NCBI GenBank assembly: GCA_013911655.1 | Contig: JACESU010000001.1 | Location: 897,152 to 961,151, forward strand | From: Alphaproteobacteria bacterium | GTDB lineage: Bacteria > Pseudomonadota > Alphaproteobacteria > Caedimonadales > UBA1908 | Length of the DNA: 64,000 nt | Direction: 5' to 3' | In this document: piece by piece, positions 19,302-28,588 of the stretch | Layout: every line of letters starts with the position of its first letter | Position numbering within the stretch: the first letter of the stretch is position 1 | Translations under genes and position numbers: made by a program | Notes under the pieces: generated by a model | The model's database searches: none | Seen by the model: the letters and a program-made list of their open reading frames with translations, nothing else | What the model was told of the DNA's origin: nothing

Positions 19302-21695
19302 TCAAACCATAGACGGCGATACCGGTGGTTGATGATCCGCCGTCATAACGGGCGGCAAGTCTGCCAGTGGCACGGTTTCGCGAATAAGCGCATGCTCGAT
19401 CACTTCCTCGACCTTGGCAACACAAATGATTTCTAAATCCCTTGTGGCATTTTCTGGAATGTCAGCAAGGTCCTTGCGGTTATCTTCTGGGATCAAAACA
19501 CGCTTGATGCCGCCGCGGTGGGCCGCAAGGAGCTTTTCCTTAAGCCCTCCAATGGCAAGAACGCGGCCGCGAAGGGTAACCTCACCCGTCATAGCAACGT
19601 CTTTACGCACAGGAATCCCCGTCAAAAGGGAGATGATAGTCGTACACATGGCAATACCCGCCGACGGTCCGTCCTTGGGGATCGCCCCCTCTGGCACGTG
19701 GACGTGGATATCATTCTTTTCAAACAGCTCGGGATTAATGCCGTAGTGGCGCGCACGCGAGCGTACATAACTGGCGGCGGCCTGAACGGATTCCTGCATA
19801 ACTTCCCCAAGCTTTCCTGTGGTCGTCATCTTCCCCTTACCGGGAATAAGCACGGCCTCAATAGTCAAAAGCTCGCCGCCTACTTCCGTCCATGCAAGAC
19901 CTGTGGTTGCGCCTATTTGGTCTTCTATTTCAGACACACCATATCGGAACCTAGGAATTCCTGCATACTTCTCAAGGTTTTCAGGGGTGACCGTCAAAGA
20001 TTTCTCATCCGTCGTCATAAGCTCTTTGGTGGCCTTACGCAGAAGATTCGCAATCTCACGCTCAAGGTTACGCACGCCTGACTCTCTTGTATAAAGGCGA
20101 ATTAGTTGTAAAAGAGCGGCATCCTCAATTTGCCACTCCTCTTCCTTTAGACCGTGGGCTTTCATTTGCTTAGGTATCAAGTGGTGTCTGACGATTTCCA
20201 CTTTTTCCTCTTCGGTATAACCCGACAAACGAATGATCTCCATACGGTCCAAAAGAGGTTGGGGCATATTCAGACTGTTGGCGGTCGTCACGAACATCAC
20301 ATCCGACAGATCATAATCAACCTCAAGGTAGTGATCGTTAAAGGTTGAGTTCTGCTCGGGATCCAAGACCTCGAGAAGGGCAGACGCCGGATCACCGCGC
20401 CAATCCGCCCCAAGCTTGTCAATTTCATCAAGAAGGAAAAGCGGGTTAGAGCTTCTAGCTTTTTTCATGCCCTGGATAACTTTTCCAGGCATAGATCCAA
20501 TATAGGTGCGGCGGTGACCTCGGATTTCGGCCTCGTCCCGCACGCCGCCCAAAGAAATGCGCACAAAGTTACGCCCTGTGGCCTTGGCAATAGACTGACC
20601 TAGGGACGTTTTACCCACGCCAGGCGCGCCTACCAAGCAAAGAATCGGGCCCTTGACTTGCCCCACGCGCGCTTGGACCGCCAGATACTCCACAATCCGC
20701 TCTTTGACTTTTTTAAGGCCGTAGTGATCTTCATCCAAAATATTTTCGGCCGCGACCAAATCTTTTTTGACCTTTGTGGGCTTTTTCCACGGAATATCAA
20801 GTAGCCACTCTAGATAGTTCCGCACAACGGTTGCCTCGGACGACATCGGGTTCATAGCACGCAGCTTACGAAGCTCGGATGTTGCTTTTTCTTTAGCTTC
20901 TTTGGAAAGCTTGGTCTTAGAAATTTTGTCTTCTAGGGCGCTAATCTCATCTTGACCGTCTTCAGAGTCTCCGAGTTCTTTTTGAATAGCTTTCATTTGC
21001 TCGTTCAAATAGTACTCACGTTGGGATTTTTCCATCTGGCGTTTTACGCGTCCTCGGATGCGCTTTTCCGTTTGAAGGATCGTAATCTCCCCTTCCATGT
21101 GAGCGCACACACGTTCAAGTCGGTCATTGACGTTAGAAATCTCAAGGATGTCTTGCTTTTCAGAAACACGGATAGCTAGATGCGAGGCGAGCGTGTCGGC
21201 AAGCTTTTCTGGCTGATCAATTTTACTGACCGACAGCAAAAGATCTGGCGGAATTTTAGTATTTAGCTTGAGGTATTGCTCAAAAAGACTGACGGCCGTG
21301 CGCATAAGAGCTTCATTTTCCGTCGCATCCCCAGGGATTTCTTCCAGAATTTCGATACTTCCTTGGAAAAAGTCTTTTTCTTCGGAAAAGCGTAAGATGC
21401 GGGCGCGCGAATGTCCTTCCACAAGGATCTTAACGGTCCCGTCGGGAAGCTTCAAAAGCTGCATGATGCGCCCCAGCGTTCCGATGGTATAAAGATCTCG
21501 GGCTTTCGGTTCCTCCAGGGACGCGTCTTTTTGCGTGACCAGAAGGATTTCTTGATCTTCTTGCATGACGTTTTCAAGGGCACGCACAGAACGTTCGCGC
21601 CCTACAAACAGAGGCACCACCATATAGGGGAACACAACGATATCGCGCAGTGGCAAAATGGGGTACATACTCCCCCGAGGTAACTCTAGCGTCAT
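19302..21695 (-). CDS. lon: ATP-dependent Lon protease
   Basis: PILPLRDIVVFPYMV (LON N-domain), Walker A GAPGVGKTSLGQSIA and catalytic DGPSAGIAM. A start at 21695 places it downstream of the clpX terminator; the ORF track extends to 21767. Confidence 0.93.
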   Translation of the reverse strand: MTLELPRGSMYPILPLRDIVVFPYMVVPLFVGRERSVRALENVMQEDQEILLVTQKDASLEEPKARDLYTIGTLGRIMQLLKLPDGTVKILVEGHSRARILRFSEEKDFFQGSIEILEEIPGDATENEALMRTAVSLFEQYLKLNTKIPPDLLLSVSKIDQPEKLADTLASHLAIRVSEKQDILEISNVNDRLERVCAHMEGEITILQTEKRIRGRVKRQMEKSQREYYLNEQMKAIQKELGDSEDGQDEISALEDKISKTKLSKEAKEKATSELRKLRAMNPMSSEATVVRNYLEWLLDIPWKKPTKVKKDLVAAENILDEDHYGLKKVKERIVEYLAVQARVGQVKGPILCLVGAPGVGKTSLGQSIAKATGRNFVRISLGGVRDEAEIRGHRRTYIGSMPGKVIQGMKKARSSNPLFLLDEIDKLGADWRGDPASALLEVLDPEQNSTFNDHYLEVDYDLSDVMFVTTANSLNMPQPLLDRMEIIRLSGYTEEEKVEIVRHHLIPKQMKAHGLKEEEWQIEDAALLQLIRLYTRESGVRNLEREIANLLRKATKELMTTDEKSLTVTPENLEKYAGIPRFRYGVSEIEDQIGATTGLAWTEVGGELLTIEAVLIPGKGKMTTTGKLGEVMQESVQAAASYVRSRARHYGINPELFEKNDIHVHVPEGAIPKDGPSAGIAMCTTIISLLTGIPVRKDVAMTGEVTLRGRVLAIGGLKEKLLAAHRGGIKRVLIPEDNRKDLADIPENATRDLEIICVAKVEEVIEHALIRETVPLADLPPVMTADHQPPVSPSMV

Positions 21696-21735
21696 TGTCT
21701 CTTTAAAATTAGGTAACCATCTACAGATTGCATAC

Positions 21736-21761
21736 AAAAAAGGCGGGATGCAAGTCCCGCC
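21736..21761 (-). terminator. rho-independent terminator after clpX
   Basis: On the minus strand: GGCGGGA-CTTGCA-TCCCGCC followed by TTTTTT. Confidence 0.7.
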
Positions 21762-21789
21762 TTTCAACTTTCGTTAATTTATTGAGGGA

Positions 21790-23070
21790 CTAGGCCTTTG
21801 CCCCCTTAGAAGTTTTAGTACCTTCCACCTTTTGATCCTCGTGAATCACGAGGGGTTCGGCCTTGCCTTCAATAACCTCTGGTCCCACAACCACTTCCTT
21901 AATTGTTTCCTGACCAGGGATTTCATACATGGTGTTCAAAAGGGCATTTTCCATGATGGAACGAAGGCCTCTGGCACCCGTCTTACGCTCGATAGCCTTT
22001 TTGGCCACTTGAGTAAGCGCCTCTTCAGTGAAGGTCAACGCCACATTTTCCATTTCAAAGAGTTTTTGATACTGCTTTAAAAGGGCATTTTTAGGCTCTT
22101 TTAAGATCGTGACAAGAGCAGGCTCGTCAAGATCTTGAAGAGTCGCCACCACAGGAAGTCGTCCCACAAACTCAGGAATGAGGCCGTACTTCAAAAGATC
22201 TTCTGGCTCGATTTCACTCAAAAGATCCCCAACACGCCTGTCATCTGGTGATTGCACGTTCGCCCCAAAGCCAATGGACGTTGCCTTGCCGCGAGCGGCA
22301 ATGATACGATCCACACCCGCGAAGGCTCCTCCACAAATGAAGAGGATGTTGGTTGTATCCACTTGCAAGAATTCTTGCTGAGGATGCTTACGCCCACCTT
22401 GAGGAGGCACCGACGCAACAGTCCCTTCCATGATTTTCAAAAGCGCTTGTTGTACGCCTTCACCTGATACGTCACGTGTGATGGAGGGATTATCTGATTT
22501 TCTTGAAATCTTGTCGACTTCGTCAATGTACACGATCCCACGTTGGGCGCGCTCAACGTTATAGTCGGCGGCCTGTAAAAGCTTCAAGATGATATTCTCA
22601 ACATCTTCGCCCACGTAGCCCGCCTCAGTCAGAGAGGTCGCGTCCGCAATAGTAAAGGGCACATCAAGAATACGAGCCAGCGTCTGAGCAAGAAGCGTTT
22701 TACCGCAGCCCGTTGGCCCGATCAGCAGAATGTTTGATTTGGAAAGCTCTACTTCTGAGTTTTTACCAAGACTCTCAATGCGTTTATAATGATTATAGAC
22801 CGCCACCGCCAGCACCCTTTTGGCGCGCTCTTGTCCAATGACATAGTCATTGAGCACTTCAGCGATTTTTGCCGGTGACGGAATAGCCCCGTCCCCAAGA
22901 CCTGCAGGGGTGCCTGCTTCCTCACGAATGATTTCGAGACAAAGGTCAACGCACTCATCACAAATAAAAACACTAGGCCCTGCGATAAGTTTTTTTACCT
23001 CATGTTGGCTTTTGCCACAAAAGGAGCAGTGGAGGATCTCCTTCGTTTTGTCCATATCCGATTTTGACAT
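21790..23070 (-). CDS. clpX: ATP-dependent Clp protease ATP-binding subunit ClpX
   Basis: Zinc-binding CSFCGK...CDEC and Walker [16 protein letters not shown], plus [10 protein letters not shown] and the pore loop GYVGEDV. Confidence 0.95.
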   Translation of the reverse strand: MSKSDMDKTKEILHCSFCGKSQHEVKKLIAGPSVFICDECVDLCLEIIREEAGTPAGLGDGAIPSPAKIAEVLNDYVIGQERAKRVLAVAVYNHYKRIESLGKNSEVELSKSNILLIGPTGCGKTLLAQTLARILDVPFTIADATSLTEAGYVGEDVENIILKLLQAADYNVERAQRGIVYIDEVDKISRKSDNPSITRDVSGEGVQQALLKIMEGTVASVPPQGGRKHPQQEFLQVDTTNILFICGGAFAGVDRIIAARGKATSIGFGANVQSPDDRRVGDLLSEIEPEDLLKYGLIPEFVGRLPVVATLQDLDEPALVTILKEPKNALLKQYQKLFEMENVALTFTEEALTQVAKKAIERKTGARGLRSIMENALLNTMYEIPGQETIKEVVVGPEVIEGKAEPLVIHEDQKVEGTKTSKGAKA

Positions 23071-23216
23071 TTCCTATACCACTTTCCTCTCACGACCTTT
23101 CATTGCAGTGTGAGATTTATCTTTTCTTCCCCACACTCTTAGCATGACGAAAACAACATAATAAAAAGTTAACAAAGCAAGATAAAGTTAAATTGCTTTT
23201 TAACAATGTGGCAGCC

Positions 23217-23843
23217 TTACGCTGCCTTTTTATCCTTACGGGGAGCCACAACTTCGTCGATCAAACCGAATTTAAGCGCTTGTTCTGGCGACATAAAGTT
23301 GTCACGCTCCATCGCTTGAATCACAACTTCTTTAGATTGTCCTGTGGTATCAGCATAGATATCATGGAGACGCTCTTTCATTTCTTGAATTTCACGTGCA
23401 TGAATCTGGATGTCTGTTGCCTGGCCTCTAAAGCCACCAAGGGGCTGGTGAATCATCACGCGTCCATTAGGAAGGGCGCGGCGCATACCAGGCTCACCGG
23501 CTGTCAGAAGAAGTGATCCCACAGAGCACGCCTGACCAATACACATGGTAGCCACAGGCGATCTGACGTACCGCATGGTGTCATACATGGCAAAGCCTGC
23601 CGTTAACACCCCCCCAGGCGAGTTAATGTAAAAAGAGATTTCCTTCGTTGGATTTTCGGACTCAAGGAAAAGAAGTTGGGCGCATACCAGGGTCGCCACA
23701 TCGTCGTTTACTTCACCAACGAGGAAAATAATTCTTTCTTTCAAAAGCCTGGAGTAAATATCAAACGACCTCTCGCCCCGATTGGTTTGTTCAATCACCA
23801 TGGGCACAAGGGTATTTTGGTAAATGTCTAAGGGGTCTCTCAT
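23217..23843 (-). CDS. clpP: ATP-dependent Clp protease proteolytic subunit ClpP
   Basis: [18 protein letters not shown], catalytic-Ser region [11 protein letters not shown] and [11 protein letters not shown] (rc) 23843 follows an AGGAG. Confidence 0.94.
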   Translation of the reverse strand: MRDPLDIYQNTLVPMVIEQTNRGERSFDIYSRLLKERIIFLVGEVNDDVATLVCAQLLFLESENPTKEISFYINSPGGVLTAGFAMYDTMRYVRSPVATMCIGQACSVGSLLLTAGEPGMRRALPNGRVMIHQPLGGFRGQATDIQIHAREIQEMKERLHDIYADTTGQSKEVVIQAMERDNFMSPEQALKFGLIDEVVAPRKDKKAA

Positions 23844-23960
23844 GGACGGCGCTCCTACTATTTTTTTTGTTCTTACTAGGGCATTGTAAAAAGCGTCCCA
23901 CAAAGAATCAACCTTTATGAGACGCTAACGAGTAAAAGCTAAGATTTTTTGCTCCAAGGA

Positions 23961-25331
23961 CTACGCCTCGGGCATATCCTCTTCACCTTCTGTAACATTT
24001 TTAAAGGCTGCCACAAGCTCTTCTAACGGTAGATCCTTATGAGAAATCTTGGCCTTATCCAGAATAAGCTGCACAACCTTATCTTCGAAGATTGGAGCAC
24101 GAAGGCTTGCTTGTGCTGCTTCATTGCTGCGGAAATATTCAACAATATCACGCTCACGACCAGGATAGGCTCTTGCTGTGTCCATAATCGCACGCTCGAG
24201 TTCACGTTGTGTCACGCCAACTTCATATTGGCGACCAACCTCTGCAAGAACAAGCCCCAGACGCACACGTCTCACGGCGATCTCTTGATACTGAGCGCGG
24301 TCTTTTTCCATTTCCTCAGGTGTCGGCTTTTCTTCCTGAGCACCTTCATCATTAGCCGCAGAAGCCGCACGGCTTTCATACTGTTGCCAGATGCTTTCGA
24401 ACTCTGCGCTCACAAGACCTTGGGGGACTTCAAAGGAGAACTTTGAGGCAAGATCGTCCAGAACAGCGCGCTTGGCAACCAAGAACGACATCCGCTCACG
24501 GTCGGCAGAGATCTGCGTACGGGCGGCTTCTTTCAGGGCATCAAGGTTTTCGAACCCAACTTGCTTTGCAAACGCATCATTCAGCTCTGGCAGAACCTTT
24601 GTGTGGAGTGCGGACAGATTGATCTTGAAGATTGTTTCCTGGCCTGCCAAATCCTTTGACGGGTAATCCGCAGGGAAAGTCACGGTAATGTCAAAAGATT
24701 CGCCGGGCTTATGACCCTCAATTTGCTCTTCAAAACCTGGAATAAAGGTCCCTGAACCAAGTTCAAGCTTTGTGTCGTTTGCTTTACCACCCGCAAAGGC
24801 CACACCATTCAAGAATCCTTCAAAATCAATAACCGCAACGTCACCTTTTTTGGCAGCGCGTGCTTTTTTGACTTCTTCTGTAATAGCGTTATTACCGCGT
24901 AGTTGGTCAAGTGCTTTGGTTAGCTCTTCTTCAGGCACAAGGCAACGGAGCTTTTCGTAGGAAAGATTTTCCAAGTTAGGTGCTGTAATTTCCGGCAAAA
25001 TTTCAACACTCACGTCAAGGCTGAGGTCGCCTTGCTCTTCATAATTTTCGATTTTAACGTCTGGACGCAAAGCGATTTTCAATTGGTGTTCTTTGATAAG
25101 CGCGCCGATGCTGTCTTGGATTGCTTTTTCAATGACCTCACCTTGCACGCTTGTGCCATAACGCTGCTTCAAAATGGGAAGAGGTGCTTTTCCTGGTCTA
25201 AAACCTGGAATTTTGGCGGTCTCACCAATTTTCTGGAGACGCTCGTTCAAGCAAAGCTCTAGGTGATTTTTGGGGATTTTAACTTTAAAGGTTTTTTTCA
25301 GGCCTTCCGTTGTGAGGGCTGTAAATTCCAT
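23961..25331 (-). CDS. tig: trigger factor
   Basis: N-terminal ribosome-binding GFRPGKAP motif and an FKBP-like middle domain. Canonical tig-clpP-clpX-lon order. Confidence 0.92.
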   Translation of the reverse strand: MEFTALTTEGLKKTFKVKIPKNHLELCLNERLQKIGETAKIPGFRPGKAPLPILKQRYGTSVQGEVIEKAIQDSIGALIKEHQLKIALRPDVKIENYEEQGDLSLDVSVEILPEITAPNLENLSYEKLRCLVPEEELTKALDQLRGNNAITEEVKKARAAKKGDVAVIDFEGFLNGVAFAGGKANDTKLELGSGTFIPGFEEQIEGHKPGESFDITVTFPADYPSKDLAGQETIFKINLSALHTKVLPELNDAFAKQVGFENLDALKEAARTQISADRERMSFLVAKRAVLDDLASKFSFEVPQGLVSAEFESIWQQYESRAASAANDEGAQEEKPTPEEMEKDRAQYQEIAVRRVRLGLVLAEVGRQYEVGVTQRELERAIMDTARAYPGRERDIVEYFRSNEAAQASLRAPIFEDKVVQLILDKAKISHKDLPLEELVAAFKNVTEGEEDMPEA

Positions 25332-25388
25332 AGTTGTGCTTCCTTAACTTTCTTTGAGTCTGTATAGCCAACGAAAAGGACCTTTCGT

Positions 25389-25473
<85 letters not shown>

Positions 25474-25603
25474 ATGAGCGAATTAGAACCAACACGTCCT
25501 TGATACCCTTGATTGAGACAAAATGCAACATGCCCTCTTCACCTCTTTTAAAAAAAATGCGAAAAAAAGTGAGCTTTTAGCATTTTCAGGGGTTTTTTAA
25601 GAA

Positions 25604-26089
25604 ATGACGCCTCCAACATGGCACCTGATTCACGCAACTGCCCTCTGTTTTAAGGGAATGGGGTTTCTACTTTTAGGGAAAAGCCGTAGCGGCAAATCAG
25701 ATTTTGCCCTTCGTCTGATCATAGAGGAAGGTGCCCGCCTTGTGGGGGATGATGCCTGCGAGGTGGCATGGTGTTATGGCGGCGCGTTTGTCAGGGGCAC
25801 GCTCCCTCTTTCTAGTCTTCTTGAGGTCAGACCTTGGGGCGTAAAGTCCTTAAAGGAACACCAAACCACTCCCCAAGCAAGTCTTGCATTTGCCTGTGTC
25901 TTAGATGAGAGCGCTGCCTTTTCGCTTTTACTAAAAGAAAAAGGGATAGACATTCCCGTCTACCCCTTTGATCCCTTTGAGGTCAGTGCGTGCGCTAAGC
26001 TTAAGCTTCTGGTGCAGAAGGCGCAGGACTTCCAGGCGCCTCTGCCTTCTTATCTTCCCCTGTCCACGCGGGTAAAATCACCCCTTTGA
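25604..26089 (+). CDS. HPr kinase/phosphorylase C-terminal-domain-like protein (short alphaproteobacterial HprK)
   Basis: HATALCFKGMGFLLLGKSRSGKSDFALRLI...GDD...LLEVRPWG matches the P-loop/core of truncated HprK homologues. Confidence 0.7.
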   Translation: MTPPTWHLIHATALCFKGMGFLLLGKSRSGKSDFALRLIIEEGARLVGDDACEVAWCYGGAFVRGTLPLSSLLEVRPWGVKSLKEHQTTPQASLAFACVLDESAAFSLLLKEKGIDIPVYPFDPFEVSACAKLKLLVQKAQDFQAPLPSYLPLSTRVKSPL

Positions 26090-26849
26090 ACGAATTTTGA
26101 ATGAACTTTTTTGTGGCATCCGAGTGATAAAGGTTCACAAGCTTCTTGATTTCAGCTTTCTCTACGTCGCACGCTTTTGTCACAAGAATATTAGCATAAG
26201 GCGACGTTGTGTCTTCTTTTGCAAGGGCCTTTTGGGGATCCAAACCTGACACGATCACCCAGTCTGTATTGATCACAGCAATCTCTACATCAGGCAATAC
26301 GCGTGGAAGCTGTGGCGCTTCCACTTCCACAAGCTTTAAATGCTTGGGGTTTGCCGCAATATCAAGCACACTTGGCGTGAGGCCTGCTTCTGGTTTCAAG
26401 GTCAGAAGGCCCATTTTTTCTAAAAGACGCAGTGCTCTACCCCCATTGGTCGCATCATTGGGAATCGCAACCTTTGCCCCATACGGCAAAGCGGCAAGAT
26501 CCGTCAGTTTCTCAGCGTAAATCCCCAAGGGTAAAAGAATAGTTTTTGCCACGCTCGCAAGTTTGAGCCCTCTGGTTTCGTTTTGGTCTTTTAAGAAAGG
26601 CTCGTGCTGATAAGAGTTTGCATCAATTTCGCCTTCTGAAAGGGCTGTATTGGGCAAAATAAAATCATTGAACTCGATAATCTCAATCTCGAGACCTTCT
26701 TTTTTGCCCTCATCCTTGAGGAACGTCATGATATCTGCGTGAGGTCCAGCTGTCACGCCCACTTTAAGTTTGGCCTGTACGTTTTGAAAAGCGCCCAGAA
26801 GTAGTAAACTTGTACATAAAAGCAGCGTTTTTTTTCCAAAAAGTGACAC
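26001..26849 (-). CDS. metQ: methionine ABC transporter substrate-binding lipoprotein MetQ
   Basis: NlpA/MetQ-type sequence (KVGVTAGPHADIM..., PNDATNGGRALRLL). GTG (rc) 26849 follows GGAGA, directly after the metI stop. The ORF-track start is 26885. Confidence 0.85.
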   Translation of the reverse strand: MSLFGKKTLLLCTSLLLLGAFQNVQAKLKVGVTAGPHADIMTFLKDEGKKEGLEIEIIEFNDFILPNTALSEGEIDANSYQHEPFLKDQNETRGLKLASVAKTILLPLGIYAEKLTDLAALPYGAKVAIPNDATNGGRALRLLEKMGLLTLKPEAGLTPSVLDIAANPKHLKLVEVEAPQLPRVLPDVEIAVINTDWVIVSGLDPQKALAKEDTTSPYANILVTKACDVEKAEIKKLVNLYHSDATKKFIQNSFKGVILPAWTGEDKKAEAPGSPAPSAPEA

Positions 26850-26850
26850 G

Positions 26851-27489
26851 TTATTTCTCCAATCTTTTGGTCCAAAAGTCACCAAGACTTTGAACGATTT
26901 GCACCAGAATAATCAAAACCACGACAATTTCAAGGATCATCATGGTGTCATATCGTTGATACCCATAACGAATAGCAAGATCACCAAGACCGCCCCCGCC
27001 CACTGTTCCCGCCATAGCTGAAAACCCAATGAGGTTCACAATCACAAGGGTGACTCCAGACACAAGGGACGGCAGTGCTTCGGGTAAAAGAATTTTTGTG
27101 ACCATCTGAAAGCGCGTTGCCCCCATGGATACCGCCGCCGTCAGCGGGCCTTTGGGTAAGACACGCAGCGCTTCTTCACACACACGCGCCGTTAAAAGGA
27201 TCGCAGCAACCCCCAAGGGCACACAAGCTGCCATGGTTCCAAGAGACGTGCCCACAAGCCATCTTGTTACGGGAAGAAGCGCAATCACAAGAATAAGATA
27301 AGGAACAGAACGAAGCGCGTTCACGAGAAATGATGACACAGCCCGAAGACCCCTGTGCTTAAGAAGGGCCTCCTGCGTGCTTGCAAAAAGTAACACGCCC
27401 AAGGGAATGCCGCCCAAGATCCCCATCACACTTGCAATGAAAACCATGATCAGCGTTTCCAAAAGACTGCTCAAGAAAAGATCAATCAT
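26851..27489 (-). CDS. metI: methionine ABC transporter permease MetI
   Basis: Five-TM permease carrying the EAA-like motif EEALRVLPKGPLTAAVSMGAT. Confidence 0.88.
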   Translation of the reverse strand: MIDLFLSSLLETLIMVFIASVMGILGGIPLGVLLFASTQEALLKHRGLRAVSSFLVNALRSVPYLILVIALLPVTRWLVGTSLGTMAACVPLGVAAILLTARVCEEALRVLPKGPLTAAVSMGATRFQMVTKILLPEALPSLVSGVTLVIVNLIGFSAMAGTVGGGGLGDLAIRYGYQRYDTMMILEIVVVLIILVQIVQSLGDFWTKRLEK

Positions 27490-28531
27490 CTGATAAATAT
27501 CCTAAAAATGTCGCATGTACTTGCTTGCTTGTCAGGTACTCTTTAGTACGCTCTATCACGCTTGTGTCATAAGGCACTGTCACGATCAAGGTTCCACAAA
27601 GAGAGTCACCCAGGGGATCGAGGGTTCCTCCTGCAATATTCAAGGGAATATGCTGCTCGCGCATGAGCTCTGCCACGACGGCCTCTTTGGCACTCGCCCC
27701 GGTAAAAAGAAGGCGATAAAGGGCCTGGGTCGTCGTCGGCCTTGGGGTATCCGTAAGTCGGCGGCTGATGACCCTTGGAACGCGCGCATTAAAAAGATGT
27801 TGAACAAGGGCGGCTGTAACTTCGTGGGCCGGCGCTTGGAAAACCGTTTCCACGCGCCCTTCTTCAATAACACTTCCGTGATCCATGACAACCACATGGG
27901 TGCAAAGGTCCCTGACAATGGCCATTTCATGGGTGATGAGCACGATAGTGAGTCCCAACGTATGATTCAAATCCGATAAAAGGCTTAAAATTTCTTGGGT
28001 TGTTTCGGGATCAAGGGCAGAGGTGGCCTCGTCACAAAGAAGCACATGTGGCTTGCACGCAAGCGCCCTTGCAATAGCCACACGTTGGGCCTGCCCACCG
28101 CTAAGCTCACCTGGATAAGCGTCTTTTTTATGATCAATGCCAACAAGGCGTAAGGCCTCTAAAGCACGCCTATGGCATTCTTGTTGAGAAAGCCCCATAA
28201 ACTCAAGACCAAGGGAAACATTTTCAAGGGCTGTGCGGCGCCTCAACAAATTAAAATGTTGGAAGATCATGCCGATTTTTTGACGTACCTGCCGAAGCTC
28301 AGACGGCGCATACGCATCAAGCGCTTGATCTTCGAAATAAAGGTGACCGGTATCAGGTGTCTCAAGACCATTAAGGCAGCGCAGAAGTGTGCTTTTTCCA
28401 GCGCCACTTTTACCCACTATTCCTGTAATAGAGCCCTTAGTCACCTTGAAGGAGACCTCTTTTAAGGCCCACACATCTCCCATAGCGCTTTGAAAGCGCC
28501 TTGAGATGTTATCCACACGAAATATTTCCAC
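27482..28531 (-). CDS. metN: methionine ABC transporter ATP-binding protein MetN
   Basis: Walker A GKSGAGKSTL, LSGGQAQRVAIARAL and LLCDEATSALDP, with a C-terminal NIL-type regulatory domain. Confidence 0.9.
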   Translation of the reverse strand: MEIFRVDNISRRFQSAMGDVWALKEVSFKVTKGSITGIVGKSGAGKSTLLRCLNGLETPDTGHLYFEDQALDAYAPSELRQVRQKIGMIFQHFNLLRRRTALENVSLGLEFMGLSQQECHRRALEALRLVGIDHKKDAYPGELSGGQAQRVAIARALACKPHVLLCDEATSALDPETTQEILSLLSDLNHTLGLTIVLITHEMAIVRDLCTHVVVMDHGSVIEEGRVETVFQAPAHEVTAALVQHLFNARVPRVISRRLTDTPRPTTTQALYRLLFTGASAKEAVVAELMREQHIPLNIAGGTLDPLGDSLCGTLIVTVPYDTSVIERTKEYLTSKQVHATFLGYLSDD

Positions 28532-28588
28532 GTCCTCTTCCTTCCGGTGCGCCTTCCCTATGAAGGGCCTCGCGTTATAAGAGTTGAC

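Noticed and set aside
21696-21789. A possible sigma-32 heat-shock promoter upstream of lon (CTTGCAT...CAATCT).
   Set aside because: The CTTGCA lies in the loop of the clpX terminator hairpin. The -10 region does not match CCCCATNT, so this is not supportable by eye.
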